The translations under genes were made by a program, and so were the position numbers. DNA of 64,000 bases from Chiloscyllium plagiosum. Taxonomy: Eukaryota. The stretch covers positions 19,038,198-19,102,197 of the forward strand of contig NC_057719.1 of the NCBI RefSeq assembly GCF_004010195.1, in the 5' to 3' direction. The notes below the pieces were generated by a model. That model did no database searches, had not been told where the DNA came from, and saw nothing but the letters and a program-made list of their open reading frames with translations. Shown here piece after piece: positions 11,836-24,759 of this stretch; the stretch's first letter is position 1; each line of letters begins with the position of its first letter.

Positions 11836-12044
11836 AAACTGTAGAAACTCCTAGTCACCCATTGTTATCCGAACAGAAAGCTCCATCTATCAGGAGGGCT
11901 AACCAGACTTTTTGGCCTAGTCATTTTCCTGAAGGTCATTTTAATACCTCTGTATCAGAGGAAGATTTAAAGTCATCACAATGTTAACATTTTCTGTATT
12001 CTAGGGAGACATGCCAGCTAATCTCTCACGTGAGAACACAAAAA

Positions 12045-12270
12045 AGAAGAAATGAATGATTTACATTTATTTAATGCCATTCATGACCACCTTATGCTCC
12101 CAAACCTTTACAGCCAACAATATGCAGTCAATAAGGCAATATAGAAAATGAAGCAGTAAACTTGCACACAACATGCTCCCACAAAGATCAATGTGATAAC
12201 AATCAGTTCATTATTGGTTGAGGAATAAAAGTTAACCAAGCCTCTGGGGTAACTTCCTTGCTTGCTTTTC
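12045..12270 (-). mobile_element. DeuSINE (SacSINE1/AmnSINE1-like) fragment
   Basis: Reverse complement resembles the Deu domain (..TTATCACATTG..TTTGTGGGA..TGTG.GCAA..) and an L2-like tail. Confidence 0.6.
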
Positions 12271-12276
12271 TTAAAT

Positions 12277-12587
12277 TATTTTTATTAATTTATGGGATGT
12301 GGGCATCACTAGCGTTATAAGCATTTATTACCCATCAGCCTAATTGCCTAGAGAGCAGTTCGGAGTCAACAACATTGCCATGCGTCTGAGTCACATGTAG
12401 GGATGGTAGTTTCCTTCCCTGAAGGACATTAATGAATGAGGTGTTCTTTTTTCCAACAATCATTATTATCATCTTTAGACTCTTAATTCTAGATTCTTAT
12501 TGAATCTTAATTCCACCACGTACCATGGTGGGATACAAAGTTGAGTCGTTGGAACGTTACCCAGTTCTCTGGATTAATAGTCTAGCA
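12277..12587 (-). mobile_element. tRNA-headed SINE (LINE-tail-sharing family)
   Basis: Colinear with 8506-8846. Confidence 0.8.
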
Positions 12588-13979
12588 CCTTGTGGGAGCT
12601 CCAGTATAATCTGGACAGAGTGTGTTGCATTTGATCAAAGCTTTGTTTTGTGAGCAATTCAGGCAGGTCATAGCAAAAAAAGACATATAGATTATAGGGT
12701 AATTAGACAGAGCAAGGCACACAAGGTTACAGTTGCACAGGAGCTGTGCAAAGTAAGATCAACATTAACATGATCAACATTATTTGAAGCTAGAGAAATC
12801 CATTCATCATTCTAATAATGACAAGGAAGAAACTATTCTTTAATCTGTTGGTGTGTGTGTTCAAGCTTCTGTATCTTCTGCCTAGGAGGTTGAAAGAAAA
12901 TATTACTGGGCTGGGAGGGGTCTTTGATGACGTTGGCAGCCTTTCCAAGGCAATAAAATGTGTAAATAGAGTCCATGGATGGGAGGTTGGCTTCCATGAT
13001 GATCTGGGCTATGCAGACAATTTTCTGTAACTTCTTATAGTCCTGGGCAGAGCAGTTGCCATATAAGGCTATTGTGCACCAGATGGAATGCTTTCTATGG
13101 TGCATCTGTAAAGTTGGCGAGGGTCCTTATGAACATGCCAAATTTCCTAAGCCACTTAAGGAAGAAGAGGAGTTGTTGTGCCTTCTTGATCATCGCATAT
13201 ACGTGGGAGGTCAGGAAAGGTTGCTAGTTATTGTCATTCCTGGGAACTTGATGTTCTCGGCCCACTCCATCTTAGCTTCATTGATGTCAATAGGAGCGTG
13301 TCCTCTTCCTTTCTTCCTGAAATTCTTTTGTTTTTGCCAACATTGAGAGAGATTGTTATCTTTGCATCACGTCAACAAGCAATCTACCTCCTTCCTGTAT
13401 TCTGACTCATCGTTATCTGATATCCAGCCTACCACAGTGATGTCCTCAGCACTCATACAGACTTTCACTACACAGTCGTAGGTGTTCAGAGAGTATAGTA
13501 GAGGACTGAGAACACATCCTATGTTGTGGATTATCATGGAGGTGGTGCAGTTGTCGATCTTCACTGACTGCAGTCTGTGGGTCAGCAAGCTGAGGATCCA
13601 GCTGAGATCTAGATTGTAGAGACCTAAAGCATGGAAACATGCCCTTTGGCTCAAACTGATCCATGCTGACCAAAATGTCCATCCACACTAATCCCACTTC
13701 CCTGCACTTGGAAAGGAAAGATTTCGAGGGATATAGGCTATGTATTTGTCCAAATGCCTTTTAAATGTTGGTAATGTATCCATCTGACAGCTCATTCCAT
13801 ATGTGTACCAGCCTCGGTGTAAAAAGGTTTCCCCTCAGGTTCCCTTTTATTCTTTCCCCTCCAACCTTAAACTGATGCCCTCTAGTCCTTGATTCCTCAA
13901 CGTTGGGAAAAAGACTGAGTGCATTCACTCTATCCATGCCTCCTCTCATGATCATATACATTTCTATGAGATTCACCTT

Positions 13980-14662
13980 TGTGGGAGAAACTTCACTTCC
14001 CTGTCCACCCACAGCATGGCCACAAAGAACATAAGAAAATATATCTACCTAAACCACAACAGAAACAACCCAGAGTGCCATAGCCTTGACCAAACAGGCT
14101 AACTAAGAGACTAGGCAGCAATTAGGAGATGACTCAAGCCACTTCCAGACTGGGGCATACACTTCACAAGACAGCCTGACAATAGACTTCCTAGTCCTCA
14201 GTAAGTACAACTGCTCCTGAAGCCCTAGGGGCAGCCTCACTTCTTACATATACTGAAATTACACAAAGGATGCTCAGACTAAAAGGACCAAGGTACCTTG
14301 CTTGTGGATTAACCACAATGGAAAACTCATTAATGCTATGTTGAGAAACATTAGCACCTACTCTTACAGAGGATTAAATATCTCCTAAATCAATCACAGA
14401 CTGATTGCTGCTACCGGACGGCTGATTGTCCTCCCATTGATTGTGTTCTACTCTTGGTTGTACTGTAATTCACACCACATTACTGTACCTCTGTAAAACT
14501 GCCTGTGCCCAGTGCTCAAGGAAGTGAACCTTGATCTACCTGTACAGACTGTCAGTTCTGTGTCAATTTCTCTTCCAGCATATTGCTTGTAATAAACAGC
14601 TTGTCAATTTCACTCAATCCGCACTTGTGTGGTCTCTGTTCAATTGGGTAATTTCTCTGACA
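13980..14662 (+). mobile_element. Probable solo LTR (~680 bp)
   Basis: Starts TGTGGG, ends CTGACA, AATAAA at ~14590, flanks ACCTT/CCCTT (4 of 5 match); interrupts a CR1. Confidence 0.6.
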
Positions 14663-14683
14663 CCCTTCTAGATCCCCCTTATT

Positions 14684-15022
14684 GGGGGCCGCACGGTGAC
14701 TCAGTAGTTAGCATTGCTGCCTTACAGCACCAGAGACCTGGGTTCAATTCCAGCCTCGGGTGACTGCCTGTGTGGAGTTTACACATTCTCTCTGTGTCTG
14801 CGTGGGTTTCCTCCGGGTGCTCTGGTTTCCTCCCACAGTCCAAAGATGTACAGGTTAGGTGAATTGGCCATGCTAAATTGCCTGTAGTGTTGTATAGTGT
14901 AGGAATAAATGTAGCGTAATGGGGAATGGGTTTGGGTGAGATACTCTTTACTCTTTGGAGGGTCGATGTGGACTTTTAGGGTCGAAGGGCCTGTTTCCAC
15001 ACTATAGAGATTCTATCCTATG
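14684..15022 (+). mobile_element. HE1-type SINE, full length
   Basis: Same head, V-domain and tail as 304-620. Confidence 0.92.
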
Positions 15023-17257
15023 AAACTCCCCTCAGTGTCTTAAGCTCTAAAGAAAAAAGTCCTAGCTTGTCCAACCGCTGTCTATAACTCAGACCATTGG
15101 GTCGTAGCTACATCCTTGTAAATTTCTTCTGCACTCTTTCCAGTTTAATAACGTCCTTCCTATAACAAGGTGAATAAAACTGAACACAATAATCCAAGTG
15201 TGGCCTCATCAATGTGCTGTATAACTGCAGGAGTTTTGAGATTAGTCTGTAAGGGTTTATGGTGTTGAAGGTGGAGCTATAGTAGATGAGTAGGAGCCTG
15301 ACTTGGGTGCCCTTGTCATCCAGATATTCCAGAGATGAATGTAGGGCTAGGGAAATGGTGTCCACTATGGACCTGTTTCGCCGGTATGCAAATTGCAGTG
15401 AATCGAGGTAGGCTGGGATGCATCACCTTCATGGTGTGCACAATTGGATTGGACAATGAGCTGGTACTTGATGCTGAGGAATTGGTGCAACAGGAACAGT
15501 CTTCTGAGGAGAAGATTGAGGAGGGGGAAGCTGTTATTGTCCGTGACAGAGCTCAACTGCGTCGGATTCTCCAATCCAGACAGAACCTCATTGACACCCA
15601 ATAGAAGGGAGCTGGGTGCCACAGACCGTCATTAACTTTGAAATACTCATTTGTCATGATGCTAAACTCTGGTTTGCATTGTCAGAGCAACCTTCAGCCT
15701 CTTTAGTTTTGCTTGTAGTTGCTTTTGCTGTCTCTAAATAAAAGCTTGTGTTTGTAATTATCTGATTTTTGCCTGTCTGTGAAGTTCTAAAAGATAAAGA
15801 CAAGCTGCATTTTGGTGTGGTCTTTGGAGAGAGGGTGACACTGATTTACAGTGTTCGGATGTAGAGGTAGAGTGTGTGGTGGTTAAACAGTTACAAATGC
15901 AAGAGAATGGGCTGATCACTCATGCCAGCTATGCGCCATGAGCAGAGCAGCTTGAGGTTGCTGTGCCATGACACTACAAGTGAGGGTGAAATGTTGAATT
16001 GCCAACACCTTTCCAGGTGCCTAGTAGCCTTTTAAAGATAGCAAGGAAGCAAGGGGTTTTTGTAGATATCCATTAAGTGGTGAGTTTACTTGGAAAAGGT
16101 GTGTGGTTAGATGCGGCTGACATCAGAAGATGTGGAGGTAGGATAGGTAATTAACGTGGTGAATTAAGTAAGATATGGTGACAAACCTTCCTAGGTCTCT
16201 TGACAGAAATCCTTCCAAATTTTTCCATTCAACTCAGCCTTCTCCAAAATAGTACAAGATTCAGTCCAATATATTTCCAGCTGGATTCATAATACTATAA
16301 TACTAGACCAGTGTGGATGAAAAACATTGACAACACTGACTTGCAATGGCTTACAAAAACCATTGAAAGAAGTAGTTGATGTTAGAAGTCAGCCAGCAAT
16401 GTTCAGGCAAGTTATCAATGCTATGAAACCATGCACACCATCTATATTGGGTTTCCACCTAGTCATCTCAGGTAGATACTTTTACAATTGGTAGTTTAAT
16501 GAAAGAATTGGACACAGGATTGATTTATGAGACACCCCATATTTTTTAATTCTGCTAAAGTGGTCAGTTTGAGCTAGAAAGAACAGAACCTGGTCATTTG
16601 CTTTTTGGAATAAAGGTTCCTCCTTTCTGTTTTGTTTTCATAAAGTACAATTTCCCAATCAGTTAATACACTGCCCGCTCCCTTCAACTGTCCACTCGGA
16701 CATATATCAAAGCAACTTATGTTAGTACTCGGTAAAATTTAAAAAATCCTCCCCTAATTAGTGCCTTAGCTTGATTAGCCAACTACATGTTAGGTCACGT
16801 TTATGCTGTGAGCCTGTGGTCTTTGCATCAAAACCTTCCAACACCCTGAACCTTATGCAGTAAAACAACCATTTCTCTGTAATACTTAAAGAAAAACGTA
16901 TACTGTAAACATTGGCTTACTGCAGTGGGCTTATCCCTCAATTGCAAGTCTGTCATAGGAAAGGATTCACTCGGCTGCCTCACTGATCAGCAGCACAGCA
17001 CAATATACATGAGGACAAGAGTACAGATGGAAACAAATAGCATTACAATGTTATTTTAAAGCAAGGGGATTGTTCATTATTTCTTGTTGTGGGTTTTATC
17101 TCCAGCAGGGTATTTTTAACCAATGCAGATATTTACTAATAATATTTATTTTATCCTTCATAACATAAGAAACTGTATCATGGGTAAATTTTGGTATTGA
17201 ACAATCCAACAAATATTTATTACAGTTTTGTAATGCATTAATATAACATTCAAAGGG

Positions 17258-17605
17258 GAAGGGATGGCCTTGTGGTATTATCACTGGACTGTTAATCTAA
17301 CAACCCCAGATAATGTATTGGGGACCTGAGTTCAAATACCACCAAGGCAGACAGTGGAATTTGAATTCAATTAAAACAAAGTCTGGAATTCACAGTCTAA
17401 TGATGACCATGAATCCATTGTTGATTGTCAGGAAAAACTCATTCAGTTCACTAATGTCCTTTAGGGAAATAAATTGCCATCCTTACCTGGTCTGCCAACT
17501 GGTGATTCCAGTCCTTCAACAATGTGGCTGACTCTTAAATGCCCTCTGGGCAGTAAGTGCTGGCTTAGCCAGTGATGCTCTTATCCTGTGAATGAATAAA
17601 AAAAA
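17258..17605 (+). mobile_element. tRNA-headed SINE (LINE-tail-sharing family), full length
   Basis: A-box-like TGGCCTTGTGG, B-box-like AGTTCAAATAC, core GTTCACTAATGTCCTTTAGGGAA, tail GTGAATGAATAAAAAAAA. Confidence 0.85.
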
Positions 17606-18859
17606 GTTCACAGGCATAACGGTGTCTGGCCTTACATTAAGCTATTTGGTTATAAAGTGTAGTATACTTCCATCAGTATGTCATGCATCAAGTGGTTAGA
17701 GCTAAGACAGATTCTGAGATTTTACACTCACATTATGGTGCAGTGATGATTGATATATAAGCATTTTTCTTAAAGATACATTGACATACTAACTGAGAGA
17801 CATAACACAACATGCCTCAGTGTCAATATATGAACTGTACACAATGAGACAGGGATTGTTCTACATAGTATGTTTCTCAAGCAGAAAATGGGTACACAAT
17901 TTGACAATTTAGCAATGGTATGGCCTGAATGTAGTACACACAGATAAATACATTCAATCTCTTTTGATACATTCTACCAGACACTGAGAGCAGGTGTCAG
18001 CTCCCTAAAATATGCAAATTAAGTATCCAGTGACTCTGGATGGCCTCCGTGGAGAAGTTGGTTTGTGAAGTGTGAGGCAGATATTGCAATGACTCCACCC
18101 AGATTACTTCAGTGGTTTCTTGCAGCCCCCGGCTCTAGGCAAAACTTATTTCTACTTGAAAGAAACATACCTAAGGGGAAGAGCCAGGAGAGCATGAATG
18201 CAATACAGGTCCAAGGCCATAGTGTCTTGTTGGGGGCGACTACCACTCAGCAGTGAAGCAGTTAATTTTTTTTTTGTTGAATTTCTTTATCTATGACTAT
18301 GTGTACTGAAAAATGTTCACGAAAGGCAATATCTACAGTCCAAATGGTTTAACACAAATAACAACTACAGGCTTCTGTTCACCGGCATGAGATACAAGAA
18401 AAATCAATCAAATCTCTGGAAGGGGGATTTGGAAAAAACATGTACTCTGCACCTGATTTGAATTGCGCCTCCCTGTGAACCTCAGCCAAATAATTTTGTA
18501 CATTAAAAATTGGTCAGGGATGATGAGATTCCATTTCCATGGTTGACAATGCAGAACCACTGAAAGAATACAATTACCAGTGCCAGCGTAAACCCTCGGA
18601 ATGTCAAGTTGATGTAAATGATCAACTACTGACAAAAAGAACCACACAGAAATCTCTTCAACTTTTTTCTTTCCCTCCTCCACTTCTCTTTCTTTAACTC
18701 TTTCAATAGCCTGAGTCAAGCACCCGGAAACTCTGCATCTCAGATTCTCCAGCATTGCTGTTAATTAGAGGCTAACCATGCAGAAGGGTTATAGATTTCT
18801 GTTTAAAAATGAGGCACCATTATTTTTTATTTCTTTTGCATCCCTTACTCTGAGCAAAA

Positions 18860-19610
18860 AATGAATTCGGGAGTGAAGTAAGCCTCTAAGCCTGCTCTGA
18901 CATTGAATAAGAATATGACTGATCTCACCCACTCCCAATAACCTTTCACCTCCTTACTTATCAAAATATATTGACCTTTGCATTTAAAATATTCGAAGAC
19001 TCTGCTTCCACTCCCTTTTGAGAAAGAGAATTCTAAAGCTTCATGATGCTCCGAGAGAGGAAAATTCTTCTCATTTCTGTTTTAAATGGTGTCTCCTTAT
19101 ATTGGTATAATAATCCTTAGTTCTAGATTCTCCCACAAGTGGTAACAACATTTCCATATCCACCTTGCCAAGAGCCCTCAGCATGTTGCGTGGTTCAATC
19201 TTAATTTTCTAAACTCTGAATGATTTAAACCTAACCTGTCCAACCTTTCATCATCAAACAACCCAGTCACTCCAATGAACCTCCTCTGAACTGCATCCAA
19301 CAAATTCAAATCCTTCCTTAAAAAGGTGACCAATTCTGTATATAGCACTCCAGATGTAGTCTCACCAGTGCCCTGTGTAACTGAAGCATAACCTTCCCTG
19401 CTTTTGTATTCAGTGCCCCTTGGGATAAATGATGTCATTCTATTGACTTTCCTCATTAGTTGCTGTGCCTTCATACAAACCTTCTGCAATTCATACAGTA
19501 GGACACCCAAATCCCTCTCTATCTCAACGCTCTATAATTTTTCACCATTTAGATGATTTGTTTCTTTTTTATTTTTCATGCCAAAATGGACAAGACCATT
19601 GTGATTCATT
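18860..19610 (-). mobile_element. CR1 LINE 3' fragment
   Basis: KVNRMTSFIPRGTEYKSRE..LDAVQRRF..ERLDRLGL. Confidence 0.8.
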
Positions 19611-20470
19611 TATGGAAAATAAATAGCCTTCCACATGTGCGATATAGTTTGGGAAAGAAATTCCCAAGGAATTCAGACATTCACTAAAACACTTGTGGCT
19701 GAGATGTGCAAATCTATTAAAAGGCATGTAAAAGTTCCCTCTGTGTGTTACTTTAAGCAAAGTAATTTTAAAAGCAGTGTTGACAACTTGATGGGGAAGC
19801 TAGATAAGTACAGAAGGGAGAAGGAAACAGATAGTGATACACAATTAAGGTTAGACTAAGTGGATTGGGAGCAGGGTTGTGTTGTGCATTAACACTGGTA
19901 GAGACCAGTGGTAACAAATTGTCTTCAATGTGAAATAAGTTCTATGTGATTCTGTGTAAACTGGCTAGCACCTTCATTTGACACCAACTTTCTGACTAAC
20001 AGCAGGTGGTGCCCCAATTTCAATTTGAATGCATACAAAAATTGAAAGTTTTTGTTTTACCCCAGCCTGATGGTGCTTACCTTGAACAAAGCAACTCAAG
20101 AAAATCTCAAGGTTGCCTGCAGCCTTCAGAAATGATTCCCAAAGCAAAACTGCAAGATCATGGGAAATTTACACTCAGAGAGTTCTCCAAGACACAGGCC
20201 TATTTTTAAAATGTGGTTCCCACCCCTGAGAGGCCAGCCCTCAAAGCCTAGGCTGCTTGGTCTTCTTTGTACTTCAGTTTCTCATTTCTTGTGTCATTGA
20301 TTGAACTTGGTCGGTCTTGAAAAAATTGCTGTCAGTGGCCTGGACTTTCTATTTGATTGCCCAGTGCTTTTTGTTAATCAGCAACCAGTAACTACGTTTG
20401 AGGAGTCTGTCTGAGGAGAAGCTAGTGGAGAAATCACACTATTTAAATGGCTGCCATTTGGATGAAATTT

Positions 20471-20764
20471 ACACAATGTGAAAAGTCTAAACATTGTGTT
20501 TCCCTTACTGCTGGATAAGTTCTAAATTGGAATATTAGAATCTGTAACTCAGTAATGTATAGAGTACACACATATATGGAAACCATAAGACCATAAGACC
20601 ATAAGACATAGGAGTGGAAGTAAGGCCATTCGGCCCATCAAGTCCACTCCGCCATTCCATCATGGCACACAATGTGAAAAGTCTAAACATTGTGTTTCCC
20701 TTACTGCTGGATAAGTTCTAAATTGGAATATTAGAATCTGTAACTCAGTAATGTATAGAGTACA
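20471..20764. repeat. 98-bp exact direct repeat flanking a minus-strand CR1 3' tail
   Basis: 20471-20568 is identical to 20667-20764; the insert contains (CCATAAGA)x3 and GGCCATTCGGCCCATC. Confidence 0.9.
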
Positions 20765-21034
20765 AGTGACTCTTGAAACAAGTCTTAATTTTTAATACAC
20801 AAAGCTTCCAAAATATTGCTTCATCTGATGTACAAAAACAAAAATGTGGTTTTCACCATGCTATTCAAAGATTGATTTCGGGTGAAATTTCTTCTTGAAT
20901 GGAAAAGGTCTTTGTTCATAATTTTAAATTGTACAAGCTGTTTAAAATATGTACTGATCTTAGAGCGTGATTTTATTGATGAGACAGTAATTACAAATGA
21001 AAAAACAATTATTTGATATTTGAAGGTTGTTAAG

Positions 21035-21325
21035 GATAGTCTTGAATTTATAAGGCATGTTATCACATCTCTCAGAAACTTTGCAATATGCTTTAGATGA
21101 GTTACTTTGAATGAGTGTCTACTGTGATATTGACAAGCATAGCAATCATTCAGCAAGACCTTGCAAACAGCAGTGATGTGAATACCTGGTAAATCAATAT
21201 GTTGGTAATGACATTGATTGAATGAAATGGCCAGGACATCTCCCCTTTCTTCTTTGCATTCCTACTATAGGATCTTTAATACTCTTCTAAACACACAGAC
21301 ATCACAATTGAAAGACGGCACAGTA
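21035..21325 (-). mobile_element. DeuSINE-like fragment
   Basis: CAAGACCTTGCAAACAGCAGTG..TGGCCAGGACA..GGATCTTT..GAAAGACGGCAC resembles the reverse Deu domain. Confidence 0.55.
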
Positions 21326-21719
21326 TTCCAGCAGCAACTTATGTTATGAGTTAAAGTAATGGACTCAAAATTTATGGACTCCCATTTTCATTTGTGATTT
21401 GCTATGTGTCTGTGTAGTTTCCAATGGAGTAGTGCGCTCCTGGATTTGATGTGTCCTCTTCACCTGCTTGCTTGTAACTTGTGTCCAAGCAGGTCCTGTG
21501 CTGCTTCAGACTTCTTTGTCCTGACTGCTGCCTCTGAGCTTAGCAATGGGGGCCTAGCAGCATTGTGCTGACACCATTGGTATAGTCAACCTATAGTGCA
21601 GTCAACCTGCTCTTTTTCAAGGTTGCTGGATCTCTGAAATGGAAGCTACACTGAATAATAACTGTGCAATGTAAATGACGGAAGTGTGAACACCAAGGCA
21701 GAGGGTAACTTCTTGAAAA

Positions 21720-21915
21720 AGAGAATTTGTGCTGAAGGCATTTGTAGAGCTGGGAAAGAGGAAATTTGACATAATTCCACAGTCAGCCCTCTGAGACCAT
21801 ACTCAGAAGAGATTTAGAGTAGATGGTCAGCAAGATCAATTTCCAGTGTTAGGGCCCTGTGGACCTGGCAGCGGTGCCTCGAGTTCTTTTGAAGATCTTA
21901 CACAGGTTGTCTGCA
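21720..21915 (+). mobile_element. Decayed Myb/SANT-like (PIF/Harbinger accessory protein) segment
   Basis: With frameshifts: VLKAFVELGKRKFDII..LRRDLE*MVSKIN-SSVRALWTWQRCLEFF-EDLTQVV, resembling the W..IA..VN....RT..QC.KKFNDL pattern. Confidence 0.45.
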
Positions 21916-22440
21916 CCAGTGAATACATCTTTACATGCAGTGTCTATTGAACACACTGCCAATCTCCCACATTACTCAATCACTGCAAGCCCATTACTTT
22001 CCCAGCAACATTTCCCTGAGACTAGATACCCTACCACACCCAAACTCCTTCCAACGCTTAGACTCACCTCTCACTGCCTTCTTAGACTCTCAGCTCTGAC
22101 AGGAATATCATTCAAGCACAGTGTTAAATAATCACTGACACTTATCCTATCTAGAGTTCCTATCCTATCTTTTGCAGGACACAATGTTGCATAATAGAAG
22201 GCAATAAAGATGAGCACCAAGGACTGCATCTCTTGAGCTGTCCAGAGGAAATGGCTCTTAGCGTCATGGGTCTGGCAACACCAGAATCAATGCCCTCCTG
22301 CTATCTAATACAATGATCAAGTTGCAGATGGTGTGACCACAGACCTGCTGTTTTCCATCACAACTCCCATCCCTTTACCCAACCTGCCCATTTTGATTTA
22401 CTGCTTGAGAGCTATGACCACACCAGACACTGCTTCCTCA

Positions 22441-22870
22441 GGGAGGCAATGGCCGAGTGGTATTATCGGTAGACTATTAATCCTGAGATTTTAGATCAGA
22501 GTGGTGCTGGAAAAGCACAGCAGGTCAGGCAGCAGCCGAGGAGCAGGAAAATCGACGTTTCGGGCAAAAGCCCTTTATCAGAAATCCTGAGACACAGGTA
22601 ATATTCTGGGGATCTGGGTTCAAATCTTACCATGACAGGTGATGAAATGTAAATTCAACAAAACTCTGTAATTCAGAGTTTCATGCTGACCATCTGGTTC
22701 AGTAATGTCCCTTTGAAGAAGGAAACTGCTGTCCTTACCTGGTCTGACTTACATGTGACTCCAGACACCACAGCAACGTGATTGACTCTTAACTGCCCTC
22801 TAGGCAATTAGGGATGGGCAATAAATGCAGGCCTAGACAGCACTACCCTCATCCCATGAATGAATAGAAG
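22441..22870 (+). mobile_element. tRNA-headed SINE with a Penelope-terminus insert (22489-22582)
   Basis: A box TGGCCGAGTGG, B box GGTTCAAATC; insert flanked by AATCCTGAGA (22479-22488, 22583-22592). Confidence 0.85.
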
Positions 22871-24334
22871 TAAAGACACTGCATCCCCCAAGGAAAGGAA
22901 ATAGGAAAGATATGACACTGATGAAGAAACCCCAACACTTTATTGAACACTCCTGGCCATAGCCCATACATTGGCAATGCACATACCTTGGAGCTTCACA
23001 GAGAGTTGGGATCAGCATATGCTGAGTCACCAGATGTGAGTGGTCTGCTGCCAGACTTGGGGTAAGGGATGATTTATGCAACAGGTCAAATGTGAGCAAG
23101 ATTTCAGAGGAGTTACAGGGGATTTAGCTGAGTATGGTGCACAGGAGAACACTGTGGCTTGTGCATTGAACATCACTAGCCTTCCCAACGGTCTCCCGTC
23201 AACACTGTCAGGGAGCATGAGGGCTTCTGGTTCTAAGGTTGTATAGGCCATCATATGGAATTTGCCCTCTCTGCAGCCCCTGCTCCATTGTCTCCGCAAT
23301 GTTGCAGAACCTAAGGCACTACCACGGCAGAATCAATACCTCTATTTGGACAGATCATCTGCCCTCCCTGTGACAATGCAGCAACATGCCTTGCCAAACC
23401 TGAGAATTTGCAACACTTCCAAAGACATGTGTGTGTAGTTGCAAACAGCTTGTGACAATAGAAACTCCCCAAAAAATGACCTTACCTGCAGTTTTGGTGC
23501 CTTATATATGTAAGTTTCGGTAACATCATTCAGTCATGCTTGATGGTTGACAAGTGAGAAGAAATTGCATGGATTTGCACAGTCCAGATAAGGCACTGAG
23601 ACATTAGCAAGTTGTTCTGTGTCATGTCAGACAATGTTTGACACTAGCTTTCCACGATACCCCTGCGTGTGCCCCTTCCCTGTTGTCATATTGTGTTCAG
23701 GACGCAGCCAGTAACTCGACATGCCCAAGTCCTGCATTTTCTGGCCACAGGGTTGGTTCGAATGGACCACTCTTTAATGCTATGTTCACAGTGCGACAAA
23801 ATAAGCCAGGCTGGTGCTTTGAAAAATAAGTGATCTGAGGCCTACTCAGAAAATCCATTTGTGACAATGGTTGCTGACATTACTCACCAAGCAGCTACAT
23901 CTGTGGGGAATTCAGTATGCTTCACAAATCCCCCACAGATCATATTTTAAACTTCTATTTAAAGTGGTTCCAGTGGAACTGGTTTAAATTGCTCGCTTTT
24001 TGTGCTATGGAGTATAACAGCATTGATTCTCTCTGCAGTACATGCTGAATTCCTGTTTCTAGTCAGGAGTTTTGCTGATTTGAAGTAAAGGACTTTTAAA
24101 AAAGGAATAGCACAAAAATAGTTTGAGAGTGACTCTCTACCCCGATTCACATTAGCAGAAGGTCCCAAATTCCTTTTGGATATTCTTTTGAGATTTCATT
24201 ACATAACCAATTCCTTTTACCTATCCTCAATCAGTTAGGACTCTTGTGTGCAGTGGTAGTGTCCCTATCTAAATCAGGAGGCTTGGCTCCAAAGTCTACC
24301 TGCTCCGGAAATGTGTATTTAACATGTTTGAATA

Positions 24335-24540
24335 CGAAAGCAAAAATTGCTGGATAAAGCTCAGCAGGCCTGGCAGCATCTGTGGAGAGAAATCAAAGTT
24401 ATCATTTCAGGTCAAGTGACCCTACCTCAGGCCCTTCCTCTGATTTCTCTCCATGGATGCTGCCAGACCTGCTAAACGTTTCCAGAAATTTCTGTTTTTC
24501 TTTCTGATTTACGGCATCCACAGTTCTTTCGGCTTTTATT
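24335..24540. mobile_element. Palindromic short element (second Penelope-terminus-like family; also 10205-10298, 11615-11745, 32805-32985)
   Basis: Arms CTCAGCAGGCCTGGCAGCATCTGTGGAGAGAAATCA / TGATTTCTCTCCATGGATGCTGCCAGACCTGCTAA; TTTGAATA on both sides. Confidence 0.7.
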
Positions 24541-24759
24541 TAATATCTTTGAATAGGTTGATTAGGAAAATATCTACCTTCCCTCTCCTCACATTCCTCC
24601 CTTTGGCCATGCATTCTGTCTATTCAAAGAGTGTTGCACCTTCCTACATCAGTTGAATAGCACACAGACTTTGTCTCTGATTGAATGGCTCATGTTTCTC
24701 ATTTTTCCTTACCCAACTCTCACATATCTATAGTATTCATAAGTGCAAGAACCTACAAA

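Larger units (their letters stand above)
13615..15227 (-). mobile_element. CR1 3' fragment (13615-13979 and 15025-15227) inserted in the Rex1 copy
   Basis: QLYSTLMRPHLDYCVQFYSPCYRKDVIKLERVQKKFTRM, then LIEMYMIMRG.DRVN..LFP.VEESRTRGH and CR1 tail. Confidence 0.85.
12630..15400 (-). mobile_element. Rex1/Babar-like LINE RT fragment in two pieces (12630-13612 and 15228-15400), split by nested insertions
   Basis: DTISLALHSSLEYLDDKGTQVRLLLIYYSSTFNTINPYRLISKLL continues across the insert into DLSWILSLLTHRLQSVKI..GCVLSPLLYSLNTYDC and YGNCSAQDYKKLQKIV..LPSMDSIY..KAANVIKDPSQP. Confidence 0.8.

Noticed and set aside
20582..20610. Short direct repeats resembling a CRISPR or satellite array
   Set aside because: CR1 terminal microsatellite (CCATAAGA)n; no spacers, eukaryotic context.
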